This document shows, piece by piece, positions 41,157 through 51,300 of a DNA stretch of 56,905 bases (its first letter is position 1; each line of letters opens with the position of its first letter). The DNA is from Microcystaceae cyanobacterium. Lineage in GTDB: Bacteria; Cyanobacteriota; Cyanobacteriia; Cyanobacteriales; Microcystaceae. The stretch spans positions 1 to 56,905 of the forward strand of contig JBGTGT010000029.1 of NCBI GenBank assembly GCA_041746575.1, written 5' to 3'. A model generated the notes under the pieces. It had not been told where the DNA came from, did not search any database, and saw only the letters and a program-made list of their open reading frames with translations. A program made the translations under genes and the position numbers.

Positions 41157-42614
41157 ATGAATCATCCTTTAAAGTGGTTGGGTTTATTATTGATCTCGTT
41201 GTTATTGGTGGTGGGAATGCGACTACCGGCAATTGCCCAAAACCCTCGTCATTACACGGATTTAACCTTTCCAACCCTTCGGGAAATTACCCTGCCTCAG
41301 TACGAACGCTATCAACTGAAAAATGGCATGGTCGTTTATCTAATAGAAGATCACGAGTTGCCCTTAGTGGGCGGAAGTGCGATGATTCATACGGGAGGTC
41401 GTCTTGAACCGGCTGATAAGCTAGGATTAGCTCAATTAACGGGAACGGTGATGCGGAGTGGTGGCACACAAGACCATTCGTCATCGGAATTAAATGAAAT
41501 CTTAGAGCAACTAGCGGCTTCTGTGGAAAGCGGAATCGATACAGATGTGGGAATTGTCGGCTTTTCAGGTTTGAGTCAGGATACTTCGACTATTTTTCCT
41601 CTTTTTACTGAAGTTATTCGCTATCCCATCTTTGAGCCTCAACAGTTAACCCTTGCGAAAACCCAATTACAGGGTGCAATTGCTCGTCGTAATGACGATC
41701 CCGGTGATATTGCTAGTCGGGAGTTCCGTAAGCTTATTTATGGCGAAAATAGTCCTTATGCTCGAACGATTGAGTACAAAACCCTTGATAATATTAAAAG
41801 AGAAGATTTACAACAGTTTCATCAAACTTATGTGCGTCCTGACCAAATTATCCTCGGCATTGTCGGCGATTTTGATCCTGTCAAGATGAAACAGTTAATT
41901 AATGATAATCTGGGCCAATGGGAAGCTCCGCAGACCCCGGCGGCGATTGATGTACCTTCTGCTACTCAGAAAATAAAACAAGGCATCTTTTTGGTCAATC
42001 AACCCCAATTAACCCAAAGTAATATTCGCTTAGGACATCTCGGTGGCGAGTTAAATAGTCCTGATTATCCGGCGTTAACCGTGGTCAATGGGGTGTTAAA
42101 CGGTTTTACCGGACGATTATTTAATGACCTGCGATCGCGCCAAGGGTTGGCCTATACGGTTTACGGAGTCTGGAATCCAGCTTACGACTATCCCGGTCTG
42201 TTTCTGGCAGGTGGCCAAACGCGCTCTGAAACCACAGGGCAGTTCATCCAAGCGTTAGATCAAGAGATTGGACGTCTGCGGACAACACCGATTACTCCTG
42301 AAGAATTAACGCTCGCTCAAGATTCTATTTTAAACTCTTTTGTCTTCAAATTCGAGAATCCCAGTCAAACCCTCAGTCGTTTGATGCGCTATGAATATTT
42401 TGGTTATCCATCGGATTTTATCTTTCAGTACCAAGCGGGCGTAAAAGCAACTACTATTGAGGATGTAGAACGAGTTGCCCAAAAATACTTAAACCCAGAC
42501 CAATTCGTCACGTTGGTGGTGGGAAATGCCCAAGAAACTGAACCCCTTTTAACGCAACTAGGAGTAGAAGTTCAATTTGTCGATATCGCCATTCCCCTAC
42601 CCAGAGAGGGTTAA
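41157..42614 (+). CDS. M16B peptidase-like subunit (non-catalytic type), secreted
   Basis: Signal peptide, LKNGMVVYLIEDHELPLV, LRSRQGLAY; no HxxEH motif seen. Confidence 0.88.
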   Translation: MNHPLKWLGLLLISLLLVVGMRLPAIAQNPRHYTDLTFPTLREITLPQYERYQLKNGMVVYLIEDHELPLVGGSAMIHTGGRLEPADKLGLAQLTGTVMRSGGTQDHSSSELNEILEQLAASVESGIDTDVGIVGFSGLSQDTSTIFPLFTEVIRYPIFEPQQLTLAKTQLQGAIARRNDDPGDIASREFRKLIYGENSPYARTIEYKTLDNIKREDLQQFHQTYVRPDQIILGIVGDFDPVKMKQLINDNLGQWEAPQTPAAIDVPSATQKIKQGIFLVNQPQLTQSNIRLGHLGGELNSPDYPALTVVNGVLNGFTGRLFNDLRSRQGLAYTVYGVWNPAYDYPGLFLAGGQTRSETTGQFIQALDQEIGRLRTTPITPEELTLAQDSILNSFVFKFENPSQTLSRLMRYEYFGYPSDFIFQYQAGVKATTIEDVERVAQKYLNPDQFVTLVVGNAQETEPLLTQLGVEVQFVDIAIPLPREG

Positions 42615-42658
42615 TCTTGGGATTCAAAAAGCGACTGTTGGAGTTGCGCAGAGGATTT

Positions 42659-43402
42659 ATGAGAATTAAGTTAATTAATCCCAATACAACAGCCAGCATG
42701 ACCCAAAAAATTGAAACGGTGGCCAAAAAAGTTGCCTATCGGGATACGGAAATTATTGCTTGTCATCCGGCAATGGGGCCAGTTTCTATTGAAGGACATT
42801 ACGATGAGGCGTTGAGTGTCATCGGTATTTTAGAGGAGATTCATAAAGGAGAAAAAGAAGGCATTGATGGCTATATTATTGCCTGTTTTGGAGATCCCGG
42901 TTTATTAGCGTCCCGTGAAGCCACTGCACAACCTGTTATGGGTATTGCTGAAGCCGCTATGCATACTGCCAGTTTATTGGCGACGGGATTTTCCATTGTG
43001 ACGACCTTAAGTCGAACTCGGATTATTGCCGAGCATTTGGTTAAAAATTACGGAATGACCCCTTTTTGCCGCAAAATTCGGGCAATTGATCTCCCTGTCT
43101 TAGATTTGGAAAATGCAGTTTCTTCTTTGGCGAAGGAGCAACTGATGGCAGAATGTCGTCGAGCGTTAGCAGAGGATGGCTCAGGAGCAATCGTACTAGG
43201 GTGTAGCGGAATGGCAGATTTAGCGACAGAAATTAGCCAAAATTTAGACGTTCCTGTGATTGGCGGTGTGAGTGTGGCGGTTAAATGGATGGAAGGATTA
43301 ATTAGTTTAGGACTGAAAACCAGTAAAGTGGGCGATTTGGCTTTTCCGATTGCCAAACCCTATCAAGGCATTTTACAGTCGTTTTCTCCTTTTTCGTCTT
43401 AA
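42659..43402 (+). CDS. Allantoin/hydantoin racemase (Asp/Glu racemase family)
   Basis: INPNTTASMT, SIEGHYDE, ACFGDPG, LGCSGM. Confidence 0.9.
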   Translation: MRIKLINPNTTASMTQKIETVAKKVAYRDTEIIACHPAMGPVSIEGHYDEALSVIGILEEIHKGEKEGIDGYIIACFGDPGLLASREATAQPVMGIAEAAMHTASLLATGFSIVTTLSRTRIIAEHLVKNYGMTPFCRKIRAIDLPVLDLENAVSSLAKEQLMAECRRALAEDGSGAIVLGCSGMADLATEISQNLDVPVIGGVSVAVKWMEGLISLGLKTSKVGDLAFPIAKPYQGILQSFSPFSS

Positions 43403-43544
43403 AACCCTTAGTGAATGGTTTTTGGATAACAGTAGTTAACTGGATCAGAAGCAATCTTTATGTAATTATTACATTAAATCATTGCAATTTTAGGAGAAAG
43501 CGTGGGATTTTCGGTCTATCTCCCTAGCTTTTAGCTCAATTTTC

Positions 43545-43560
43545 TGTAACAATAGATACA
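43545..43560. promoter_or_regulatory. NtcA-type site
   Basis: TGTA-acaataga-TACA matches GTA-N8-TAC, upstream of nitrogen-scavenging genes. Confidence 0.65.
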
Positions 43561-43704
43561 TAAGAGAAATCGTTCATCTCTCTTTCATTCACCTCTTTAC
43601 GAATACAAGAGTGAAAAAGAGAAACGGAAGTAGGAAATAGAATTCCGAAGGAACGCAAAGTTAAACAACGTTCAAAACTTTAATTCCTAGAAGGAGATAA
43701 TAAT

Positions 43705-43830
43705 ATGCAAAAATATCAATGGAAACAGTATCAAACCTTAGAATTGATTCCTGCCACCGTGACGAATCCTGCCAGAATGTCATTTCCCTTGAGTCAATCC
43801 TTGACCTTTCTATGGCGATCGCTAGTTTAG
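43705..43830 (+). pseudogene. 5' fragment of a cyanobacterial hypothetical gene, ending just after a HIP1 site
   Basis: AAGGAG RBS then MQKYQWKQYQTLELIPATVTNPARMSFPLSQSLTFLWRSLV*. Confidence 0.55.
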
Positions 43831-44303
43831 GAACGTTACGAATCAACGCACAAACCGCTCAAGGCTCTCGCTTAACGAAAGAAACAGAACTCGGTAAACA
43901 ATTGGCTGACTATGGGCAAAATCAGCAATTAATTGCCGATCTAAAGTCAGGAGCGAAACTAACCACTCATGTACTCGATACGGCTTCAGGTGATCCCGCC
44001 ATGGGAATGCGGATTGATTTTTCCGTCTTAGAAGGCGATCGCTATCGTCTGATCAAAACCCTTTATACCAATGTCGATGGACGCACAGATGAACCCTTAT
44101 TAAGTCCTGAAGAAATAAAAGTAGGGCGCTACGAACAAATTTTTTATGTGGCAGATTACTACAACAAACTAGGAACAAAACTGCCTAATCCGCCTTTTAT
44201 TGACCAAGTTCCCTTGCGTTTTGCGATTTTTGATTCAACTCAGAGGTATCATGTTCCCTTACTATGTAAGCCTTGGAGCTACACCACCTATCGAGGAAGC
44301 TAA
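43812..44303 (+). CDS. uraH: 5-hydroxyisourate hydrolase (transthyretin-like); native 5' end probably lost
   Basis: LTTHVLDTASG, TNVDGR, YHVPLL, C-terminal YRGS. Confidence 0.9.
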   Translation: MAIASLGTLRINAQTAQGSRLTKETELGKQLADYGQNQQLIADLKSGAKLTTHVLDTASGDPAMGMRIDFSVLEGDRYRLIKTLYTNVDGRTDEPLLSPEEIKVGRYEQIFYVADYYNKLGTKLPNPPFIDQVPLRFAIFDSTQRYHVPLLCKPWSYTTYRGS

Positions 44304-44431
44304 TACTCATTCTCATCCAGTTGACGAGAGATGATAGTGAGGAGATCAATGTATTGCTTGATTGCGCAGAATTAGCATAAAAACGCGTTAATAGGCAATT
44401 TGTTTTTATTTTGTGTGTGAGGACTTCATTT

Positions 44432-46096
44432 ATGAGTGTTTATCTGTTATTGACGACTTTTTTATCGAGTTTTTGTCTTTTTAGTACGAGCTTACTGTCA
44501 CAGGAAACAACCTTAGCGCAATCGAGTGTGCCAAGACAAGTGAGGATAGATCAGTTAAAATCTCAGGGATTTCAAACAGTAAATGCGCCTATGTCCCAAA
44601 TTCCCTCTGTTTTTCAATTGAGGGATGTTCAGCCGAGTGAGTGGGCGTTTGAGGCTTTGCGATCGCTAGTGGAACGCTATGGGTGCATTGTCGGATATCC
44701 TGATCAAACCTTTCGGGGCGATCGTGCCGTAACCCGTTGGGAATTTGCCGCCGGATTAAATGCGTGTTTGAACACGATAGAAAGGCTATTACGAGAGAAC
44801 GTCGCAGTTTCACAAGAAGATATTGATAAATTAAAGCGTTTAGCTGTAGAGTTTCAGTCGGAATTAGCGGCTTTAGGCACAAGAGCCGATAATTTGGAGT
44901 CACGGGTGGCTTATCTCGAAGACCATCAATTTTCTACTACCACCAAACTTTACGGTCAGGCGATTTTTGCCCTTGGGGGGGCATTTGGCGGCAATCAAGC
45001 GGTTTCTGGTCGTCCTGTCTTACCTGCGCTTCCGGGAGAATCAGGAGATGCCGGGGATAATACAACGCCTGTTACCAAAGATATTAGTAACAACGTCTTT
45101 TTATCTGATAGAGTGCGATTGGTGTTAGATACCAGCTTTAATGGCAAAGATTTACTCAGAATGCGGATGCAAGCCGGAAATACCCCCGATTTAGCTGAAA
45201 CAACGGGAACGAGGATGGCGCGCTTATCCTTTACGTCTCCGACGGATAACGATGTGGTGATTAACAAATTAGAGTATCGCTTTCCAATTGGGGATAAAGG
45301 GATGGTTTTTGTAGAAGCCTTTGGATTTTTGGATTTATTTGCTCCAACCTTACACCCCCTTGATGGCGACTATGACACGGTATTAACAGGATTTAGTTTG
45401 CGGAGTCCTATTTATTTCCAAAGTGGGTTAACGGGCATCGGCGTCCATTATAATTTTACTGACTTCTTTAGCTTTAGTGGGGGCTATCTTGCGGGAGATG
45501 CGACGGCAGGAAACCCAGAAACGGGACCTTTTAACGGTTCTTACGGAGCGTTAGCGCAATTAACCTTTTATCCCACTGACGAATTGGCTTTTGCTTTTAC
45601 TTATCTCAATGGTTACGATAATGGAACAGGCAATGCACCTGCTGGGGGCTTTTTTGGCAGTGAAAATGCAACATTTCCCTTTGGTTTTGTACCGACTTCT
45701 TATAATTCCTATGGCATTGAAGCCCAATATGAATTTAGTCCGAATTTTCTCTTAAGTGGTTGGGTGGGATGGACAAAAGCCACCAATGAAAGCCAAGAAA
45801 ATAAAGGAGCAGATGCAGATTTGTTTTATTGGGCGGCCACTTTATCTTTTCCTGATTTGTGGCAGGAAGGCAATCTAGGCGGTATTATTGTTGGTCAACC
45901 TTCAACCGTAACCAGCAACGAATTACGGGATTTTCAAGACCCCGATAGTGCCATTATGATAGAAACCTTTTACCGTTATATGATCAATAACCACATCGGC
46001 GTTACTCCCGGTTTTGTTGTTATTTTCAACCCTGAAAGTAATAGTGCAAATAACACGATTTATTTAGGCGTTATTCGGACTCATTTTAAGTTTTAA
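44432..46096 (+). CDS. SLH-domain/OprB-type cyanobacterial outer-membrane porin
   Basis: LRDVQPSEWAFEALRSLVERYGCIVGYPD, FSTTTKL, C-terminal RTHFKF. Confidence 0.93.
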   Translation: MSVYLLLTTFLSSFCLFSTSLLSQETTLAQSSVPRQVRIDQLKSQGFQTVNAPMSQIPSVFQLRDVQPSEWAFEALRSLVERYGCIVGYPDQTFRGDRAVTRWEFAAGLNACLNTIERLLRENVAVSQEDIDKLKRLAVEFQSELAALGTRADNLESRVAYLEDHQFSTTTKLYGQAIFALGGAFGGNQAVSGRPVLPALPGESGDAGDNTTPVTKDISNNVFLSDRVRLVLDTSFNGKDLLRMRMQAGNTPDLAETTGTRMARLSFTSPTDNDVVINKLEYRFPIGDKGMVFVEAFGFLDLFAPTLHPLDGDYDTVLTGFSLRSPIYFQSGLTGIGVHYNFTDFFSFSGGYLAGDATAGNPETGPFNGSYGALAQLTFYPTDELAFAFTYLNGYDNGTGNAPAGGFFGSENATFPFGFVPTSYNSYGIEAQYEFSPNFLLSGWVGWTKATNESQENKGADADLFYWAATLSFPDLWQEGNLGGIIVGQPSTVTSNELRDFQDPDSAIMIETFYRYMINNHIGVTPGFVVIFNPESNSANNTIYLGVIRTHFKF

Positions 46097-46115
46097 TTTT
46101 AAGGAGAGAACTTTC

Positions 46116-46965
46116 ATGAAAACACACAAAAGCTTACAACCTTATTTATTGGCAATGCCACAAACCTTGATTTTTCTCTTGTTTTTGGTACTGCCTATTT
46201 TATTGTTATTGTTAGTTTCTGGAACTTTAATGGCTTTGCTATGTCCCCAGGATTTACCCTTGATAATTATTGGGGAATTTTTACCTCAAAGGTTTACTTT
46301 CTACTTATTTAAATACAATTAAATTTGCTTTTTTGGCTTGGTTAATTTGCCTTTTAATTAGTTATCCCGTTGCTTATTTTTTAGCGTTTCATGTTAAAAG
46401 TGCGAAATGGCAAACGTTATTATTCCTCATTTGTACTGTCCCTTTTCTGACCTCAAACATTATTCGTATGATTGCGTGGATTCCTTTTCTGGGTCGAGAA
46501 GGATTACTCAATCAAGCGTTAATGGGATTAGGTTTAATCAAGCAACCGATTGAAATGTTTTTATTCTCTGATTTTGCGGTTATTCTAGCAATGGTACAGC
46601 TTTATGTCCTATTTATGGTTGCTCCTATCTTTAATAGTATGGTACGTATTGATCGCGCTTTAGTATCAGCCGCCGAAGACTTAGGAGCATCGGGTTTTGA
46701 CATTCAAAAAGACATTATCTTACCGTTATCTGCTCCCGGTATCGCCATTGGTTCAATTTTTGTGGTTACCTTAGTGATGGGTGAATTTGCTACGATGCGC
46801 CTGATGAGTGGAAAGAAAACGTCTTCAGTCGGATATTTAATTAAAAACCAAATTGATAGTCTGCAATATCCCTTAGCGGCGGCGAATGCCGTGGTTTTAT
46901 TACTCCTTGCTTTACTGGTTGTTTCTGCAATTTTAAGAACGGTTAATATTCGAGAGCAAATTTAA
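46116..46965 (+). pseudogene. PotB-like ABC permease with two frameshifts
   Basis: First frame to about 46200 (..VLPI), second frame IVIVSFWNFNGFAMSPGFTLDNYWGIFTSKVY to about 46300, third frame STYLNTIKFAF... with AAEDLGAS EAA loop. Confidence 0.8.
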
Positions 46966-47059
46966 TAAAAAGTTGTCAGTAATTAGAAATAAATTCTCAA
47001 CATCTGAACACCTTGTAACTCCTGTCATTTCCAACACTTATTTAAAAAGGAAAAAATTC

Positions 47060-47875
47060 ATGAGTAATCGCAAAAAATCCCTATCCAGTTATCTTCTTGC
47101 CGGCTTTTTCGGTTTATTCGTTTTGTTTCTCTATGGTCCGATGTTTGCCATGTTTTTGTTGTCTCTTCAAGGACCAAAAGGAACGCTAACATTTCCGATG
47201 AAAGGGTTTAGTTTTTATTGGTTATTTTCGGTTTTTGGAGAACAACGAGTGGGTAATTTTGTTACTGCATTTCAACGCTCTTTTTCTTTAGCTATTATTG
47301 TGGCTTTAGTTACGGTTGTTTTTAGTGTCTTAGCAGGATTAGCTTTCCGCAAGCGTTTTAAAGGTTCAAATGGGATTTTTTATCTCACTATTTCGAGTTT
47401 AATTGTGCCAAGTATTTCAGTCTCTTTAGGCATTGGTATTTTATTTGGCTTAATTAATTTACCGATTCAATGGTTTACCACCGCTTTAGCCGGACATTTA
47501 ACATGGACAATTCCCTTTGCTTTTTTGATTATGTTGGGCATTTTCAGCCGTTTTAATCCTTCCTATGAAGAGGCGGCGAGAGATTTAGGCGCAAGTGAAA
47601 TAACGACCTTTTGGGAAGTGGTGTTTCCCCTGATTGCCGCTAGTGTGATTGGGGTGGGTTTACTCGGTTTTACTTTATCTTATGATGAATTTACTCGAAC
47701 CTCTTTAATTTCGGGTGAAACAAATACCTTACCTTTAGAAATCTTTGGTATGACGACGAATGTAACTTCTCCCGCCCTCTATGCTTTGGGAACATTAACC
47801 ACCCTATTTTCTTTTATTCTGATTGGGGTTGCTTTGTGGATTATTCAACGCTTAAACCCTCGTCAACCGGAGTAA
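47060..47875 (+). CDS. PotC-like ABC permease
   Basis: LFLYGPM, EEAARDLGAS, TLSYDEF, TLPLEI. Confidence 0.9.
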   Translation: MSNRKKSLSSYLLAGFFGLFVLFLYGPMFAMFLLSLQGPKGTLTFPMKGFSFYWLFSVFGEQRVGNFVTAFQRSFSLAIIVALVTVVFSVLAGLAFRKRFKGSNGIFYLTISSLIVPSISVSLGIGILFGLINLPIQWFTTALAGHLTWTIPFAFLIMLGIFSRFNPSYEEAARDLGASEITTFWEVVFPLIAASVIGVGLLGFTLSYDEFTRTSLISGETNTLPLEIFGMTTNVTSPALYALGTLTTLFSFILIGVALWIIQRLNPRQPE

Positions 47876-47901
47876 ATTTCATTTTTTAGCTTAATTGTTG
47901 G

Positions 47902-47930
47902 AAAAAAAAGACATTCTCTATGGAGAATGC
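47902..47930 (-). terminator. psbK terminator
   Basis: CATTCTC-tatg-GAGAATG hairpin with an 8-nt T-run on the minus strand. Confidence 0.6.
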
Positions 47931-47961
47931 CTCATTTGTGCATTTTGGATGCTTCAGAAAC

Positions 47962-48099
47962 TTATTTAAACCCTACGGAGGCTTGCCAAACGAAAGCAAG
48001 TAGTAAAAAGAATAGGGGAATAATCGGCAGAACATCCACTAAGGGATCAAAAATTTGGTAAGCTTCTGGCAATTTTGCTAATAGAATGGCTAATTCCAT
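47962..48099 (-). CDS. psbK: Photosystem II subunit K (45 aa; absent from the ORF track)
   Basis: [50 protein letters not shown] upstream. Confidence 0.98.
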   Translation of the reverse strand: MELAILLAKLPEAYQIFDPLVDVLPIIPLFFLLLAFVWQASVGFK

Positions 48100-48366
48100 C
48101 TTCCTTTTATCCTTCCCAACACAGTTTTTAATAGATTAAAGACATCCTACCATGATTTGCTCCTCGTCATCGGTCAAGTTTACAAGGGGAAATAGAGAGA
48201 AAAATGTTTTGACTCAATCGGATTAACCCCTACGCAATTGTACCCTTAACCTCAGCCAAATGCCTTCAAGCCTTGTCTCTTTAAAAGTTACGAGCGATAG
48301 ATGTCAAAAAAGTTAAATTTATTTACAATAGCCTCAATCGCTAACATCCTCAATCACTATTTCAAC

Positions 48367-51300
48367 ATGAATCTTATTAAGCTGGCTGTCCGTTGGCGAC
48401 ATGGAACTGCTGTATTATTTTGTCTTTTAGCTTTATTTGGTATTTTATCCCTTTTTAACTTACCCCTAGAATTGCAACCGGGAGGCGATCGCCCAGAAAT
48501 TACCATCAGCACATCTTACGCAGGAGCAAGTCCGGCAGAGGTAGAAGACATCATTACCCGTCCTATTGAGGAAGCCCTAGAAGAAGTCAAAGAAGTAACG
48601 GAAATTAGTAGCAGTAGCGCATCGGGGCGCAGTCGTATCACCTTAGAGTTTGATTGGAAAAGTAACGTAAATGAACGCTTATTGGATGTTATCACTCAAC
48701 TACAACAGGTAGAAGCGTTACCGCCTGAAGCCGGAGAGTCAGAAGTGGAGGTAGTCAGTGGTAGCAGTCGCCCGATGATGTGGATAACATTGCTCCCTAA
48801 GGACGGTTACACTGCCGATGAGAACCACTATCGAGATATTGTAGATGATATTGTGGTGCCGTATTTTCGCCAAATTCCGGGGATTGGGGAGTTTAACATC
48901 TCTGGAGGGCGAGAAAGAGAGGTTGAAATCGTTGTAGATCCTAAAGCCTTATCCGATCGCCGTTTAACGATAACAGACGTGGTAACCACCTTACGCAATA
49001 ATAACCGAGATATTCGTGGCGGACCTTTAGTGGTTGGACGACGGGAATACAGAGTGAGAACCTTGAGTCGTTCGACAGATATTCAACAATTAGAAAGCTT
49101 TATCTTGAGAAGAGATGAATCCGGAACAGTGTATCTCGGAGATGTTGCAAAAGCCAAAATTGGGCGTAAAATACAAGATCGTGCTTTAATTCGCAATGAT
49201 ATCCCTGCGGTAGGGGTAGGCATTGTACGACAAGTCGGCGGCAATACGCCTGCGATTTCGGCAGCGATTCGGGAAGCGATCAAGGAATTAGAAGAAAGAC
49301 TTGATCAAGCAGGGGAAGGCATTGCCTTTGATATTACTTACGATGAAAATGATTATATTCAAGATTCTATTCGTTTTGTTCAAGGAAATTTAATTTTGGG
49401 GGCGATTCTCGCTTCTGTTATCCTACTCCTATTCTTGGGATCGTTGCGAACGGTGGCGGTCATTGCTATTACCATTCCGACAACGCTGATCACGGTTTTT
49501 ATTGTTTTTAACCTATTGGGGCGATCGCTCAATGTCATTAGTTTAGCAGGATTAGCCTTTGCGGTGGGCATGGTGGTTGATAATGCGATTGTTGTGTTGG
49601 AAAATATCTTCACCCAGATGCAACAGGGCAAATCCCCCGTCAAAGCGGCGATTGAGGGAACACAAGAGGTTTGGGCGGCTATGTTGGCTTCTACTTTAAC
49701 GACTGTTGCTGTTTTTGCGCCTATTATTCTCGTAACAGGGGAAGCAGGGCAATTATTCTTTGATATTGGCTTAGCACTCTCTACTTCGGTTCTGATCTCT
49801 CTTTTTGCTGCGATAACGCTTGTTCCGATGTTATCTGGCTTATTTCTTAAACAAGCAGAAGCACAACAGATGTTGGAAGACCCAGAAATTAGAGGTGGTA
49901 ACATTTTAGAAAGAGCAATCGTTAGAACATCAACGGTTTTTCGTGTTTTTCAAGGTCGTGTAGAACAATTTATTTTAAGTACCGTGGCTTGGTCACTTGA
50001 GGCGACAACCCCGATTCGACGCTTAATTATCTTAATGATTCCCTTATTTTTGTTGGGAATTAGCATTTTATTACTTCCTCCTGCGGATTATCTACCGGAA
50101 GGTAATCGTAACGCCATTATGTGGTTAGCCGAACCCTTTCCAGGAACCAGTATTCCCGAAGCGATTAAATTGTCTGAAGCTCCCCGTCAGTTTGCCAAAG
50201 AGCTACCCTTAGCTCGTCGGATATTGTATGTGTATCGGACTGGATTTAAGGTGGTTCTGGTCTTTTTGGACTCAAAAGATGCAACAGGGAAGAATTTAGA
50301 TAGCATGGTCGAACAAATGCGTTCGGTGAGTCAACAATTTCCGGGATATCGCTTCCTCATTCCTCGAAGAATGTCTATTTTCCGAAATCCGGGGAAAGAA
50401 TTTGAAATTCAAGTGATTGGACAAGATTTAGAGCAATTAAATCAAATTGCTAACGACATCAGCAATAAAGTCAAAGAAAGCTCAGGTGTTCAAAATGTTC
50501 GTTCTGATTTTGTCACCGGCGCACCCGAATTGCAAGTTATCCCTAACCGTGAACGCTTAGCAGAGGTAGGATTATCGGAGCAAGACATCGGAGAAATGAT
50601 AGAATCGGCGTTGGGCGGCTTAAGAGCTTCTAAATTCATTGATGGTAAGCGAGAATTGGATGTCACCGTTGAATTACAAGATATTTTTGTGGATACCCCT
50701 GAACAATTGCGTCAACTAGCCATGTATAATGGCAACAGCCAACGTATCCAACTAAGTGACGTTGCGGAAATAGTAGAATCAACAGGGCCAGACAGCATTA
50801 ATCATGTAGATTTGAACCGTTCTATCACTTTAACCGCCGATGTGGCACGAGAAGCTTCGTTAGGCGGATTAGTTGAACAAGTAGAGACGGATATTCTGAA
50901 ACCCTTGCGTTCGAGTTTACCTCCCGGTGTACGGGTAGAATTGGCGGGATCTGCGGATGTTTTAGGGGAAACGTTGGTTCAGTTGGGGTTGACTTTTATT
51001 TTGTCTTTAATTATTACCTATCTGCTCTTAGTTGCCCTTTATCGCTCTTTTGCTTATCCTTTAGTAATTATGGCTACCGTACCCATGGGCATCAGTGGGG
51101 CATTATTAAGCTTAGTCTTAGCCAATCTGATTCCCGGTGTGATTGTCCCTTTAGATATGATTACGGGATTAGGATTCGTGATTTTAACGGGAGTTGTGGT
51201 CAATAATGCTATTTTACTGGTAGATCGCGCCTTACAACTCCACAAAGAGGTCGGAAAAGACCTTGATTCTGCTCTCTATTATGCCGTTAGCGATCGCCTC

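Noticed and set aside
43461..43473. TGTAATTATTACA as a second NtcA box
   Set aside because: The GTA-TAC spacing is 5 nt, not 8; it is only a short AT-rich palindrome.
43719..43811. Novel N-terminal domain on UraH (METVSNLRIDSCHRDESC...)
   Set aside because: The RBS fits ATG 43705 in another frame; this stretch is better explained as out-of-frame sequence of the chimera.
49380..49904. 174-aa minus-strand ORF and other short ORFs nested in long genes
   Set aside because: Antisense or alternate-frame shadows of well-supported genes, with no recognisable motifs.
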